Virus record (IMG/VR): IMGVR_UViG_3300025881_001848
Length of the DNA: 64,000 bases
Direction: 5' to 3' (one strand)
DNA from: an uncultured virus (IMG/VR IMGVR_UViG_3300025881_001848)
Lineage: Duplodnaviria > Heunggongvirae > Uroviricota > Caudoviricetes
Made by a program: the position numbers and the translations under genes. The notes under the pieces were generated by a model that saw only the letters and a list, made by a program, of their open reading frames with translations, did not search any database and was not told where the DNA came from. Each line of letters opens with the position of its first letter. Position 1 is the stretch's first letter. Of this stretch, positions 1 through 9,556 are shown one piece after another.

Positions 1-33
1 GAAGTAAAAGGCATTAAGCCTGGGGGCGTATTA

Positions 34-642
34 GTGTCAACCTATCCAGACATGAGTGATTATAACGCCTGTCTACAGACCGTATTTGCTCACCTTGACA
101 TGGAAGGTGTTGCGCCACCAGATGGATTGCAGCAAGGCAGTGACATCATGACGATTTCATATATGGACAGTGACGGTGCGCACAGTGTATTGAGTTATTA
201 CGGTCGTGAGCTGGAAACTATCTTTAAGGCCAAAAGTTTCGCAGAGTATAAAAAATCCATTTATGACGTAGAGGGTATAACCCAAACAGAAGCTAACTTA
301 AGTGATGATGAAAAAGAGCTGCAATATGTACTCATCAAGCTCATTGTATCATTATCTATTTTCGCGATGACCAAAACCAATGCGATCGTGGACGGGTTCC
401 CCAAGGTAAAAGGTTTTGTGATGGATCATCCTTTTGGTGAAAAGGTACAATCCACTTCACTGACGACGCCGTTTAAAACGCGCAGTGTATCTGAACATCA
501 TCGCTCGTGGTTTATTCGTCAATTATCTCATGAGAAGTACTATCAAGGGGATTATGCTAACTGGGCACCCAACAGCCGTTTTGTGTTTGTGGAAGATACC
601 GTGGTAAATTCCAAAATCCACCCAAAGCATCTAGAGCGGTAG
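34..642 (+). CDS. Hypothetical protein (possibly the 3' part of a gene starting before the window); C-terminal H-x-R-x-x-[WF]-x-R motif similar to 41882..42982
   Basis: 202-aa ORF with GTG start near the window edge; SEHHRSWFIRQ resembles TTHWRRGHWRQ of ORF 41882. Confidence 0.6.
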   Translation: MSTYPDMSDYNACLQTVFAHLDMEGVAPPDGLQQGSDIMTISYMDSDGAHSVLSYYGRELETIFKAKSFAEYKKSIYDVEGITQTEANLSDDEKELQYVLIKLIVSLSIFAMTKTNAIVDGFPKVKGFVMDHPFGEKVQSTSLTTPFKTRSVSEHHRSWFIRQLSHEKYYQGDYANWAPNSRFVFVEDTVVNSKIHPKHLER

Positions 643-660
643 GCGTAGGATAAGTCATAA

Positions 661-704
661 AAAGATTGACAAAAATCGTCATTCTGATAAGATAGACACA
701 AGAG
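661..704 (+). promoter_or_regulatory. Repeated sigma70 promoter/operator (GATTGACA family), first copy
   Basis: TTGACA at 666-671, GTCATTCTGATAA operator variant, GACACAAGAG before ATG 710. Confidence 0.75.
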
Positions 705-709
705 TAATA

Positions 710-1156
710 ATGCATAAGGTGGTTTCACCGGTGAAAAATGACAACCAAACGGTAAAGGTTGGCGACGAGGTCGTTGTGTTTACCAATTATGGTCGGGCAT
801 CTACGCACGAGAAGGTTAAAAGTCTCGATAAGTGGGCGCTTGTCATGGAAAGCGGTGAAAAGTATTCCATATGGGATTTCCCCCGAAAATTCACCATTGC
901 GGTTAAAGGATCTGATAGATATCGTGATGCGATAAGCGATCACCGTTGTAAAGTAATTATCGATATCCTTGGCAGCTCTGACGCCACGGAAAACCCGATT
1001 ATACTCAAAGCGCTTGAAGTATGCGCAGCACAGCTAGGCGAAGAGGAGCTTAGGCTACGTCATTCAAGGCTGATTTCTATGGGTGCCAGTCATACTGAGG
1101 ACGAACATGTGTACCGAAAGGGCACTATTGACAATATAAATGGAGAGGGTAAGTGA
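710..1156 (+). CDS. Hypothetical protein
   Basis: 148-aa ORF directly after the repeated promoter. Confidence 0.7.
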   Translation: MHKVVSPVKNDNQTVKVGDEVVVFTNYGRASTHEKVKSLDKWALVMESGEKYSIWDFPRKFTIAVKGSDRYRDAISDHRCKVIIDILGSSDATENPIILKALEVCAAQLGEEELRLRHSRLISMGASHTEDEHVYRKGTIDNINGEGK

Positions 1157-1177
1157 ACAATATAGGTAGCCAAAAAC

Positions 1178-1384
1178 ATGCGTAAGTATATTTTTCACGC
1201 TTATCTTGCCACACTATTGGTGATATGTTTCACATTCACCTATGCTGCCAGTATAGATGCATTAAATAATGGAATAGACAAGCACTGGGTGATTACCTGT
1301 GTAGGATTTGGAATAACGCTAATGCTACTATGTGGTGCGGCGGTCTACATGAGCACGCGTATTCGTGATGTAGATAAACTGTAA
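1178..1384 (+). CDS. Small membrane protein (2 TM)
   Basis: Two hydrophobic stretches; AGGT-type RBS. Confidence 0.6.
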   Translation: MRKYIFHAYLATLLVICFTFTYAASIDALNNGIDKHWVITCVGFGITLMLLCGAAVYMSTRIRDVDKL

Positions 1385-1409
1385 TGGATTAACCTAAAGG
1401 TGTACGAAT

Positions 1410-1658
1410 ATGAGTGATCGAAAAAATCATGGCAATTCGGTAAACGCAAATTCAGCGATGATGGCTAAAGTGACGGTGTTCACTTTGGCTTTTATCTTTT
1501 TGTTTGTGGGGGTATTTAGTGTCGCAGTGCTGAGCGTAACGTGGACTAATTTATTGTCAGGGATGGGTATATTGCTTAGTATGACTGTTTTATTTATGGG
1601 TCTATCTTACGCTGCCAGCGCGTGCAAAAACATACTCACTGGCAGTACGGTAGAGTAA
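1410..1658 (+). CDS. Small membrane protein (2 TM)
   Basis: Two hydrophobic stretches; AAGGTG RBS. Confidence 0.6.
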   Translation: MSDRKNHGNSVNANSAMMAKVTVFTLAFIFLFVGVFSVAVLSVTWTNLLSGMGILLSMTVLFMGLSYAASACKNILTGSTVE

Positions 1659-1660
1659 TG

Positions 1661-1840
1661 CTACTCGGTGAAAGGCTTGGTTATATCGTCGATAGCCGCG
1701 CCTAACTTATCCCAGTGTTCCTTAATTTGTTTAGGTGTGTATTGCTCACCTTGCATCATGGGGAATACCATATCATCAAGGGTTTTCTTGGCCTTTGCTT
1801 TATTGTCGAGCATAGTGTCGTAAGCTTGTGAAACATTCAT
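1661..1840 (-). CDS. Small hypothetical protein (59 aa, MNVSQAYDTMLDNKAKAKK...), not in the ORF track
   Basis: Read manually; GAGG-CAACACAC upstream of ATG; follows 1853..2071 on the same strand. Confidence 0.55.
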   Translation of the reverse strand: MNVSQAYDTMLDNKAKAKKTLDDMVFPMMQGEQYTPKQIKEHWDKLGAAIDDITKPFTE

Positions 1841-1852
1841 GTGTGTTGCCTC

Positions 1853-2071
1853 TCAGTTAAACGATTTAACAATCAAGTTAGGTATTTTGTAATTAGCGTC
1901 TATTTCGATACCAATATTGTGTATTTGAGGGTTCTCATCTTCTATCATTTGCGCCAACTGGCGAAGATGTTCTACTAGCCATGTATTATCTGACCAATCT
2001 TTATTTTCACCACTAACAAGTGGTACTGATATTTTAGTGAACAACTCACCTTTTTTTACACCTATGCCCAT
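1853..2071 (-). CDS. Hypothetical protein
   Basis: 72-aa ORF downstream of the minus-strand repeated promoter (TTGACA at 2150-2145). Confidence 0.6.
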   Translation of the reverse strand: MGIGVKKGELFTKISVPLVSGENKDWSDNTWLVEHLRQLAQMIEDENPQIHNIGIEIDANYKIPNLIVKSFN

Positions 2072-2266
2072 AATACAACTCTCTTTAGATAGTGGTTTTT
2101 GTATCGCTTTGTATGACTACTATGGTATTATCAAAATGATAAAATGTCAATCCATTATTGCGAATATGATACTATATATTGAAAGGTCAATAAAAATAAA
2201 TGATTGACAAAATTATGTAGATAGGGTATTATTTAGACAGTTAAACAAGATCCCTAAGGATACAAA

Positions 2267-2896
2267 ATGACTGCTACCGCAAAACACATCACGTTACCCA
2301 ATCCAATTGAATTTGAAGCTTTGTTAGACACTGTTGATTTGTTGACTCGCGCTAAGATATTGCAACAACTTAACGAGTTGGTGTACCCGTCTCTCATTGG
2401 TTGTCAGCGTCATTATTTTTGTATGGACGGTAAACGCAGCCCCTTGTATATCGCCGCAGAACGTATTCGCAAGGCCGAAGTATTGCCATACCGTTTACTG
2501 TGCGAGTTTTTCAGGAAAGATATTCTCACGCTTTCTACTTATCCTTTGTTTTTGCAGTTGTTGGAGACCCCTGTAGGGTTCATCAATGAAGGTCATATGC
2601 TATCTTATGATAAAACGCCCACCAAACAACTAGATCAAGCAACCAGCGCTCATCAGGTGTGTGCTTTCATATTGCTTAATGAACATGCGGCTGTAACGTT
2701 TGATCTTGGCGCAAAAACCGCGTACCAAGGCACCAATGGTGAGGTGAGATTGACTCGTAAGAATAAAACCGTTGTTGTGAACAATAATGTTAACGGCTTA
2801 CACAGTAGTGAGACTGTTATTTCGCTACACCGTATGCGAGATTATCGCCAGCTATTTACCGCCGTGATGATGGCGTTTAGCGAAGCCACTTACTAA
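2267..2896 (+). CDS. Hypothetical protein
   Basis: 209-aa ORF, AAGGA RBS, promoter TTGACA at 2204. Confidence 0.7.
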   Translation: MTATAKHITLPNPIEFEALLDTVDLLTRAKILQQLNELVYPSLIGCQRHYFCMDGKRSPLYIAAERIRKAEVLPYRLLCEFFRKDILTLSTYPLFLQLLETPVGFINEGHMLSYDKTPTKQLDQATSAHQVCAFILLNEHAAVTFDLGAKTAYQGTNGEVRLTRKNKTVVVNNNVNGLHSSETVISLHRMRDYRQLFTAVMMAFSEATY

Positions 2897-2916
2897 ACAA
2901 TAAAAGAGAGAATGTT

Positions 2917-3222
2917 ATGCAGTTACTACTTGCGTGGATAGGTGGGTTTACCTTGACAGCTATTGCCCTGTTGGTCTTGGTTGTCATCGTTAAAAACGCC
3001 ATTATAAATAGTCGTGTTATTAGCGGCTCAAGCTATAAGTTGGAAATAGAGTTGTGCGAGTATATGCTTGATTCAAGAGATGACTTCTCGGATGAAGATA
3101 CGTTCACTATGGACGAAGTGAAAAAGATCCTCGCGGGGCTAAAAAGCTTTGATGGGCTTGATACGGAAAAGTTTGTTGCCGAAAGCAAGGAAAGAAGGCA
3201 TATAGAGAGTAAAAATGATTGA
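2917..3222 (+). CDS. Membrane-anchored hypothetical protein (paralog of 44166..44465)
   Basis: N-terminal TM; MLD...FS.EDT motif shared with 44166. Confidence 0.65.
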   Translation: MQLLLAWIGGFTLTAIALLVLVVIVKNAIINSRVISGSSYKLEIELCEYMLDSRDDFSDEDTFTMDEVKKILAGLKSFDGLDTEKFVAESKERRHIESKND

Positions 3223-3283
3223 CAAATTATCATAATGAATGTATTATATTGTTACTTAGTTAGCGCACACACAAGGTTTTATT

Positions 3284-4153
3284 ATGTTGGTATATAACGC
3301 ATTTACTGCTCCCGAAATAATTGCTCACGCGAACGCAGAATTGGCCGCGTCGGGTTCAACGATTAAACTCGTCAGCTTAAAAGAAGTAAGAGGTAATTTG
3401 GCCACGGCCGTAACGAACCGTAAAGGCCTAGTTGCCCTTATCATGTGTAATTTTGGCAAGCTGTCATTGTTAAGTTTTCGTGGCATTCACCGCATTGTAA
3501 ACAAGCGCAGTCGCTGGACATATTTAATCAACGGTCAAGCGAACCAAAATTTATCAACGATTATATTCAATGGTGAAGAGGGTGAACGTTATTACGCCAA
3601 CATTGAAAACACACTTGCGTTTCTTAAAGACATGTATAATGTTGTTGATGATGACTTATCGAGTATTGTTAAAATATATGATCGTATATCTTGGGAAGCT
3701 GCGGTTAATCCGGTGATCCAAAACAATATTATTGATGAGCTTAAGACCGATAAAAACATTATCGAGGCACATGATTACTTGCCTGTTGAAGATGGAGATT
3801 CAGCCGTGTTATTCACGTTAGATAACAATGGCAAAATTAGCTTTAACGAAAAGGGTTCATTTGATTTAATGGTATTGATGAATCAACTTCCGTCACAAGA
3901 TGTGTACCTGACAAAAGTCTCTGATTGTGCAGACGATAAAGACATACGGGTTGCCATGGCATGGTGCATATGGGGACACTTAGGTGATGTGCCTGTAGAT
4001 GAAGATGATGGTGAAACGATTGATCAGGCGTTTTTGCATTTTGAAAAGTATACTGATGCGCATGATATCTGGCATTGGCTTGAAGAAACGTTCGATATCA
4101 GTATCGGTGACGATATACTCAAAGGCCGTGTCACTCAAGAGGAGGCATTATGA
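3284..4153 (+). CDS. Hypothetical protein
   Basis: 289-aa ORF after repeated promoter (3219) and CACACACAAGG RBS. Confidence 0.75.
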   Translation: MLVYNAFTAPEIIAHANAELAASGSTIKLVSLKEVRGNLATAVTNRKGLVALIMCNFGKLSLLSFRGIHRIVNKRSRWTYLINGQANQNLSTIIFNGEEGERYYANIENTLAFLKDMYNVVDDDLSSIVKIYDRISWEAAVNPVIQNNIIDELKTDKNIIEAHDYLPVEDGDSAVLFTLDNNGKISFNEKGSFDLMVLMNQLPSQDVYLTKVSDCADDKDIRVAMAWCIWGHLGDVPVDEDDGETIDQAFLHFEKYTDAHDIWHWLEETFDISIGDDILKGRVTQEEAL

Positions 4154-4483
4154 GCCAATCGACGATGCAGATTACTGAAAGTGAATTAAAAGCGTGTGCT
4201 GGACGTGCTGAGTCGCAAAACAGGGCTAAAGCGAACGCATTAGCCTTAGCTATGGCCGCAAAGATTGTGTTCCCCCCAGAGCAGCCTGACACTGCTTAAA
4301 TAAATTCACCCCCTTTTGAAAACGCGCAATGGTTAAAGCCTTGTGCTTTTACCTGTTTATCTTTCAAAACGGTCACCGTGCTGGCGCTTATCATAATGAT
4401 TTAATATGGAACTTTCGCTTGTGTTACATATTTTTCAGGCTGATATGACATGATTAATAGGTAACCTACAAGGAAGACCTTTT

Positions 4484-5065
4484 ATGTCAAATCGTGATTT
4501 TGATAAGACTCAGTACAAGCAAGTGCAGCTTTTCGTTCGATGCGCTCAAGATAGCTACTATGTTTCTCGCCTATTTAATGTTCATCTGTCAGAAAAACAA
4601 ATAATTCAATTATCGGATGACGCAGTCAAGACTGGTTGTGCTAAAGCCTTCGATCACATCGCCTCGCGCAACAGTATTGGATACTTCACGCCCAGTACGC
4701 ATGAATTTGTAAAAACGACAGAAATGTATACCGTTATCTATAATATGGTGGTGTCTCTATCTCCCAGTGAGCGCATTCAGTTTGGTGTGGTTGGTAATAG
4801 CGATTATGAGGCCAGCGTTGTGCGCCTATTGAATTATCGCTTAATTGAGCAGTTAATTATGATCAACACTACTAGTGAGCAAAGCCAGCAAGCACAAGAT
4901 GCGCTACGGCAGGTGATGGCAGAGCATGGATATGATTTATCCTTGAACGAACAACCCAAATGCGTTATTCGTCATTTTTTGTTTTTACTGGGGCAAATGC
5001 GCAAAGATATGGTGAGTTATGTCGATATATTTGAGCATATAAACGGACATAGGCACTTACTCTAG
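4484..5065 (+). CDS. Hypothetical protein
   Basis: 193-aa ORF, AAGGA RBS. Confidence 0.7.
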   Translation: MSNRDFDKTQYKQVQLFVRCAQDSYYVSRLFNVHLSEKQIIQLSDDAVKTGCAKAFDHIASRNSIGYFTPSTHEFVKTTEMYTVIYNMVVSLSPSERIQFGVVGNSDYEASVVRLLNYRLIEQLIMINTTSEQSQQAQDALRQVMAEHGYDLSLNEQPKCVIRHFLFLLGQMRKDMVSYVDIFEHINGHRHLL

Positions 5066-5143
5066 CATCCTTTTGTGGATAAATGATTGACAAATATTAT
5101 CATTTTGATATAATATTCATACTCAAACACACACGAGAACACT

Positions 5144-5437
5144 ATGAATGTACATGATGAATATACGGCAGTAAGAACAAGAATAAATCAAGTTATCATT
5201 ATTGTTTGCATTTACCAATTGCTAACCATTACGTTTGCTTCTAGCGTGTTGTTCAATATATCCAGTGGCATCGCTTTACTGTCGTTGCTCGTTCAATCTA
5301 TCAATGTATTCGTATATGCGATGAGTAAGCCATTGTATGGTGTTATGCACGCTCGTATTACGTCGCTAATTGACTATCTTAGCAAGTACTCTAAACGTTT
5401 AAGCGCTTATTACCCGTCGGGTCGTCGTGCTAGGTAA
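5144..5437 (+). CDS. Small membrane protein
   Basis: Hydrophobic segments; follows repeated promoter (5087). Confidence 0.6.
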   Translation: MNVHDEYTAVRTRINQVIIIVCIYQLLTITFASSVLFNISSGIALLSLLVQSINVFVYAMSKPLYGVMHARITSLIDYLSKYSKRLSAYYPSGRRAR

Positions 5438-5554
5438 ATCGAAATATGATTGACAAATACCAATATTTTGATAAGGTATAAGCCTCGCCAAACATCACAC
5501 ACAAGCTGTGCAGCGCTTTTATGAAGTTCGATTGCCGGCAAAAAGGATCACGCA

Positions 5555-6118
5555 ATGTATTCAATTAACACTCCCTTGTATTTAGCGCTTAGCGCATTAG
5601 CTGAAACCGTCACGCCGCACGCTGATCATTGGATTGGCAATCACCCTGATGGTGAGCAGAGCGTAGAGTTTTGCCCTACATGCGTCAAGCAAGCTGTGGC
5701 TAACCTTAAAGAAGGCAATAACACAGATGGCCTGACGTCATTAACAGATGAAGAAAAATCAGAGGTTGAGTCAAGTCCGCCACATATTGATGGTGGTTGG
5801 CGTTCAGAGTATGACACTATACCTCGCTGCGATACATGTAGCGTGCTGTTAACCGGTTCATTGACATCAACTGCTGTAGATGAAGAGATATCTCACTACG
5901 AGTCCATTGAAGGCGATATAGAAATCAGTAGGAATGAACAAGCATACGAACTGCTTGAACTATTTGACGCTATTGTGACTGATGATGCGACTCGCACCTT
6001 ACGCGCTAAGGCAATTGAAAGCCGGATTGTGGTCAAAACAGAACATGTTACCCAAGATGAATCTCTCGAAGGCACATTGGCCTGTGGTTGCGGTATTACC
6101 CGTTGTGAATGTGAATAA
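5555..6118 (+). CDS. Hypothetical acidic protein with CxxC pairs (possible Zn-binding)
   Basis: CPTC, CDTC and C-terminal CGCG...CEC; AAGGA RBS. Confidence 0.7.
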   Translation: MYSINTPLYLALSALAETVTPHADHWIGNHPDGEQSVEFCPTCVKQAVANLKEGNNTDGLTSLTDEEKSEVESSPPHIDGGWRSEYDTIPRCDTCSVLLTGSLTSTAVDEEISHYESIEGDIEISRNEQAYELLELFDAIVTDDATRTLRAKAIESRIVVKTEHVTQDESLEGTLACGCGITRCECE

Positions 6119-6132
6119 TTAGGAGTAGATGT

Positions 6133-6831
6133 ATGGTTAATTTTAATATTAAAATCATGGTGGGGATTGCCGGTGTTGCCTTAATAGATATTCACGCTAA
6201 AACCCATGCTGAGCATGTTGAGACCATTCCTGATCCCGTTGAACTAATGCGATCGGAGATTATCAACAGTGGTTGGGTAGATTGGTATGAATGGTTGTCG
6301 TGTGACAAACCCCAAAAAGAAGGTGTGTACCTCATGACAGGGGTGGCTACTTATACGGATGATACCGCCGAATATGATGTGACGTCAGTAGCACCTATTC
6401 CTTATACGCTAGGCGAGCCAATTATTCCCCCTGATGAAAAGGGGATGCTCACGGGTAAAGCGCTGCAAACAGCACTTGCTGATGTTTATCACGAGTCGTT
6501 ATTGCCAGATGAGAACGTGCGTATCGATGGCCGTTATTCATTGGTTGGTATTGATATAGCGCCCAGCCCTAAAGAAAATGGCCGCTTCATGTATTGGGTG
6601 ATTGATAATCCGCACAATGCTGGGCTTGTCTTGTTGGGTGAAAATGTGTCGAGTTGGCAGGTAGATGATCTTGTCACTATACGTCAAGATGCCATAGATA
6701 AGGTGTCTCTAAAAATGGATGGTGACAAAGCGGGTGCCGCAGCACTAGTGGATGCTGTCATTGCAAAGAACGGGGCGATGCTGGACAGGCCTAAGCTTGA
6801 TTTGTACGCAGTAGAGCTAAACTTGCAGTAA
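6133..6831 (+). CDS. Hypothetical protein
   Basis: 232-aa ORF, AGGAG RBS. Confidence 0.7.
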   Translation: MVNFNIKIMVGIAGVALIDIHAKTHAEHVETIPDPVELMRSEIINSGWVDWYEWLSCDKPQKEGVYLMTGVATYTDDTAEYDVTSVAPIPYTLGEPIIPPDEKGMLTGKALQTALADVYHESLLPDENVRIDGRYSLVGIDIAPSPKENGRFMYWVIDNPHNAGLVLLGENVSSWQVDDLVTIRQDAIDKVSLKMDGDKAGAAALVDAVIAKNGAMLDRPKLDLYAVELNLQ

Positions 6832-7037
6832 TGGCGGCTGTTGACTTAACCAGTAATCAAACGGTGATGATCCATAAGGGTCATCGCGTTCGTGCTTGGA
6901 TTTACTCAAATGACCAATTTTCTGATTTTCAGCGCATTGCTGTTGAAGATGAAGAAGGGGGTTACGACTTATCCCAACTCGGGGAAGGTGAGTGTTTATT
7001 AAACCCTGGGGTGGTCTACCGGAAACGCCCCAAATAA
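6831..7037 (+). CDS. Hypothetical protein
   Basis: TAATG coupling with the upstream gene. Confidence 0.6.
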   Translation: MAAVDLTSNQTVMIHKGHRVRAWIYSNDQFSDFQRIAVEDEEGGYDLSQLGEGECLLNPGVVYRKRPK

Positions 7038-7417
7038 ACATTAAAGATTGACATAAAATCAAAATGATAATAGAATAACGGTATTGAATCAACCATCACA
7101 CGCAGAGACTCTATTATGTCAAAAACACACTCTATTCTCATCACTGCACTTGCTGGCAGCGCCTTAAATTACGCTGTATCATTATGTGAAAAAGACAATG
7201 TAGCCGTTGAAATCAGGGGTGGCGATGTGTTTTTTATTGATGGCCATTTTAGCGAGACAGGGTAATATACTCCCTCAGAAGATTTTGGTACCGGTATGCG
7301 CATACTTGATCGAGAAGGAATATCACTGCGTAAGAGCAAAGATGTGTGGTATGCGATGACCGAAGAGGATGCCGGTTCATCAACAACGGTTAAAAAAATA
7401 CGCAACGAACGCAATAC

Positions 7418-7564
7418 CTAAGTGTCGCGATTTAGTTTTTCTTCACATGCTTTTTTGACCCAAGTTGCGAATGGTGTTTTACCCCTAGCTTTGTTGATTT
7501 GTTCGAGCAGTTCGCCAAACCGGATTTGCTTTCTATCCGAGTTATCGCGTTTTTTATCTTGCAT
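7418..7564 (-). CDS. Small ribbon-helix-helix protein, YlcI/YnfO (DUF3950)-like, 48 aa, not in the ORF track
   Basis: MQDKKRDNSDRKQIRFGELLEQINKARGKTPFATWVKKACEEKLNRDT; pattern IRF...LLEQI..A....F..WV..AC.EKL. Confidence 0.7.
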   Translation of the reverse strand: MQDKKRDNSDRKQIRFGELLEQINKARGKTPFATWVKKACEEKLNRDT

Positions 7565-7565
7565 T

Positions 7566-7599
7566 GGTACGTACCTTTAGCTATAGTTCGGTACGTACC
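7566..7599. promoter_or_regulatory. Two copies of palindrome GGTACGTACC between the divergent RHH and tnpB genes (candidate operator)
   Basis: 7566-7575 and 7590-7599. Confidence 0.6.
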
Positions 7600-7625
7600 T
7601 TATCACGACTAAAGGAGGTCGCACA

Positions 7626-8735
7626 ATGCTAATAGCACACAAAGTTGAATTGCGACCTACCAAGTCGCAAGCTGAATACTTGAACAAATGTATCGGTCAT
7701 AGCCGCAATATTTACAACAACTTACTTCATCACTTCTCACAAGAGGGTGTTAAGTGGAGTAAAAAAGAGGCGCGTATTAAGTTCATGGAATTACGGGCGA
7801 CAGATTGCCAATACTATGACGAGATAAGTGCAGACTTCCTCCGTGAGTCGATAAACAACCTAGATAACGCTTACAAGCATTTCTTTCGCAGAGTCAAGAG
7901 CGGAAAAGGCAAGGTGGGTTACCCAACCAAGCGTAAGTTAGGCGTGAATGATATTTGCGCACTTCGTGATAAGAAAAAATTTACCGTTGATGATGATGGC
8001 CTTCGATTTGAGAAATTCAACAAGCGAAAAACACAATCACCAATAAAGTTACGTGAAAAGCTGCGATTCACTGGCATTGTAAAGCAGATGAATATCAGCA
8101 AGCGAGCAGGGAAATACTTTTGTTCGTTCCTTGTTGATACCGAAGATTACAACCCTAAAGATCATGATCGACAACGTAGTGTTGGTGTGGACTTTGGCAT
8201 TAAAGATTTAGCTATTTGTTCCAATGGTAAGAAGTTTAAGGCAAATCAAAAGCTGAAGGCTTCACTTAATAGACTGGCTAGAAAGCAGCGCAGGCTTGCA
8301 AGACAAGTCAAAGGTAGCAATCGCAGAGCGAAAACCAAGCAAGCGATCCAGAAGCTACACAAGCGCATTTCAGACCAACGAGCCGCAACGCTTCATGAAG
8401 TGTCTGATTACCTAACCCGTAGCTTTGACCGCATTGTTATCGAAGACCTTAACGTGTCTGGCATGATGAAGAATGGCAAGTTAGCGAGAGCGGTTGCTGA
8501 TTGCGGATTCTATGAGTTACGCAGACAGCTTGAATATAAAAGCCAATGGCGAAACTGTGAGTTGGTCATTGCCGATAGATGGTTTGCCAGTACCAAGACT
8601 TGTAGCCACTGTGGTTATAAGAACAATGATGTTGTTCTTGGTATGGATTCGTGGACTTGTCCAAGCTGCGGAACGTGGCACAACCGCGACTTAAATGCCG
8701 CTATCAATTTGGATAACTACCAGATAGCAGCATAA
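7626..8735 (+). CDS. tnpB: RNA-guided endonuclease TnpB
   Basis: N-terminal HTH (AHKVELRPT), RuvC motifs GVDFGIK / IEDLNV / RDLNAAIN, Zn ribbon CSHC...CPSC; AAGGAGG RBS. Confidence 0.95.
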   Translation: MLIAHKVELRPTKSQAEYLNKCIGHSRNIYNNLLHHFSQEGVKWSKKEARIKFMELRATDCQYYDEISADFLRESINNLDNAYKHFFRRVKSGKGKVGYPTKRKLGVNDICALRDKKKFTVDDDGLRFEKFNKRKTQSPIKLREKLRFTGIVKQMNISKRAGKYFCSFLVDTEDYNPKDHDRQRSVGVDFGIKDLAICSNGKKFKANQKLKASLNRLARKQRRLARQVKGSNRRAKTKQAIQKLHKRISDQRAATLHEVSDYLTRSFDRIVIEDLNVSGMMKNGKLARAVADCGFYELRRQLEYKSQWRNCELVIADRWFASTKTCSHCGYKNNDVVLGMDSWTCPSCGTWHNRDLNAAINLDNYQIAA

Positions 8736-8890
8736 AGAATTAAGACGAGACAGGTAACGGCTCGTCTATAAACCCTACATAAGAGTGATGTAAGTGGTGT
8801 TTCGGCATCCTATCGTGTTGACGATGTAGACAGGCTAAAACTTACGCAAAATGTTGCGTTCGTTGCGCCTTTAGCTATCGGCTACACATC
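8736..8890 (+). ncRNA. Putative omegaRNA (TnpB guide RNA): scaffold to the right end at about 8874 plus flanking guide
   Basis: Lies between the tnpB stop and the element end; hairpin AGACGAG...CTCGTCT; boundaries inferred. Confidence 0.55.
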
Positions 8891-8980
8891 ATTGGAAGCA
8901 GGATTGCGTGCCTATGTTGCATCCGTTTTGGGTAAGTCGGTTGATGTGCCTGTTGAATTAATTGAAAGTGAGTAATTAGT

Positions 8981-9454
8981 ATGACTGATAAGTTTTTATT
9001 CGGTGCGGTGACCGCCCGTGCGATGGCGCAAGTAGTAAATCCGATTTTGCAGACTTCTGAGAAATCTTACCAGATAGACAATGTGCGCTTTTTTGGCGAG
9101 GGTTTTGCGGTGTTCACGACGAACGATATCGCTGGCGCTGAGGTGTTTGTGAGCATAGAGACGAAATCAGTAAGTGTGGTCAACGTGATTGCCGTCAAAG
9201 AATACGTGGGCGCAAAAGGCGAGGCAGAAGAGACCTTGCTTGAGCTGTTAACCAAAGATTTGGCATTAACGCCCCTGTTTATTGCAGAAGTAGAAGGCAC
9301 GCCTGTGTTTGCCACGAAAGGTGAATTTACAATGCATTACAATGATGTGGTGCTGCCCAAAGGCGGCGACAATCCAACGCGTAACATCGAACTTGAATTT
9401 GCGGTGAGGCTATGTGATGAGCGGCAAATAAACCCACTGTTAAATACTGCCTAA
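8981..9454 (+). CDS. Hypothetical protein
   Basis: 157-aa ORF. Confidence 0.65.
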   Translation: MTDKFLFGAVTARAMAQVVNPILQTSEKSYQIDNVRFFGEGFAVFTTNDIAGAEVFVSIETKSVSVVNVIAVKEYVGAKGEAEETLLELLTKDLALTPLFIAEVEGTPVFATKGEFTMHYNDVVLPKGGDNPTRNIELEFAVRLCDERQINPLLNTA

Positions 9455-9556
9455 TTACGGATAATATCGCAATATGTGATAGGTTTAAGTGAAATGAGGA
9501 AAGGCTGTCTTGATGGCGGCCTTTCAGTTTTCCACAACAAACAAATGGATTTGGCT

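Larger units (their letters stand above)
7390..8874 (+). mobile_element. Non-autonomous tnpB-encoding IS (IS607-like, IS200/IS605 superfamily), about 1485 bp, no tnpA
   Basis: 14-bp subterminal inverted repeat CGCAACGAACGCAA (7401-7414 / 8854-8867); removal restores the host reading frame; encodes TnpB and a small RHH protein. Confidence 0.8.
7116..8975 (+). pseudogene. Phage NinX/DUF2591-like gene interrupted by the tnpB element and by an internal TAA (7263-7265)
   Basis: 5' part MSKTHSIL..ALNYAVSLCE..YTPSEDFGTGMRILDREGISL..WYAM (7116-7389) and 3' part AIGYTSLEAGLRAYVASVLGKSVDVPVEL* (8875-8975) join in frame when 7390-8874 is removed; family assignment from recalled motif pattern. Confidence 0.7.

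Noticed and set aside
7390..8874. IStron (group I intron fused to an IS)
   Set aside because: Only about 235 nt lie between the left end and tnpB, mostly occupied by the RHH gene; there is no room for, or sign of, an intron core
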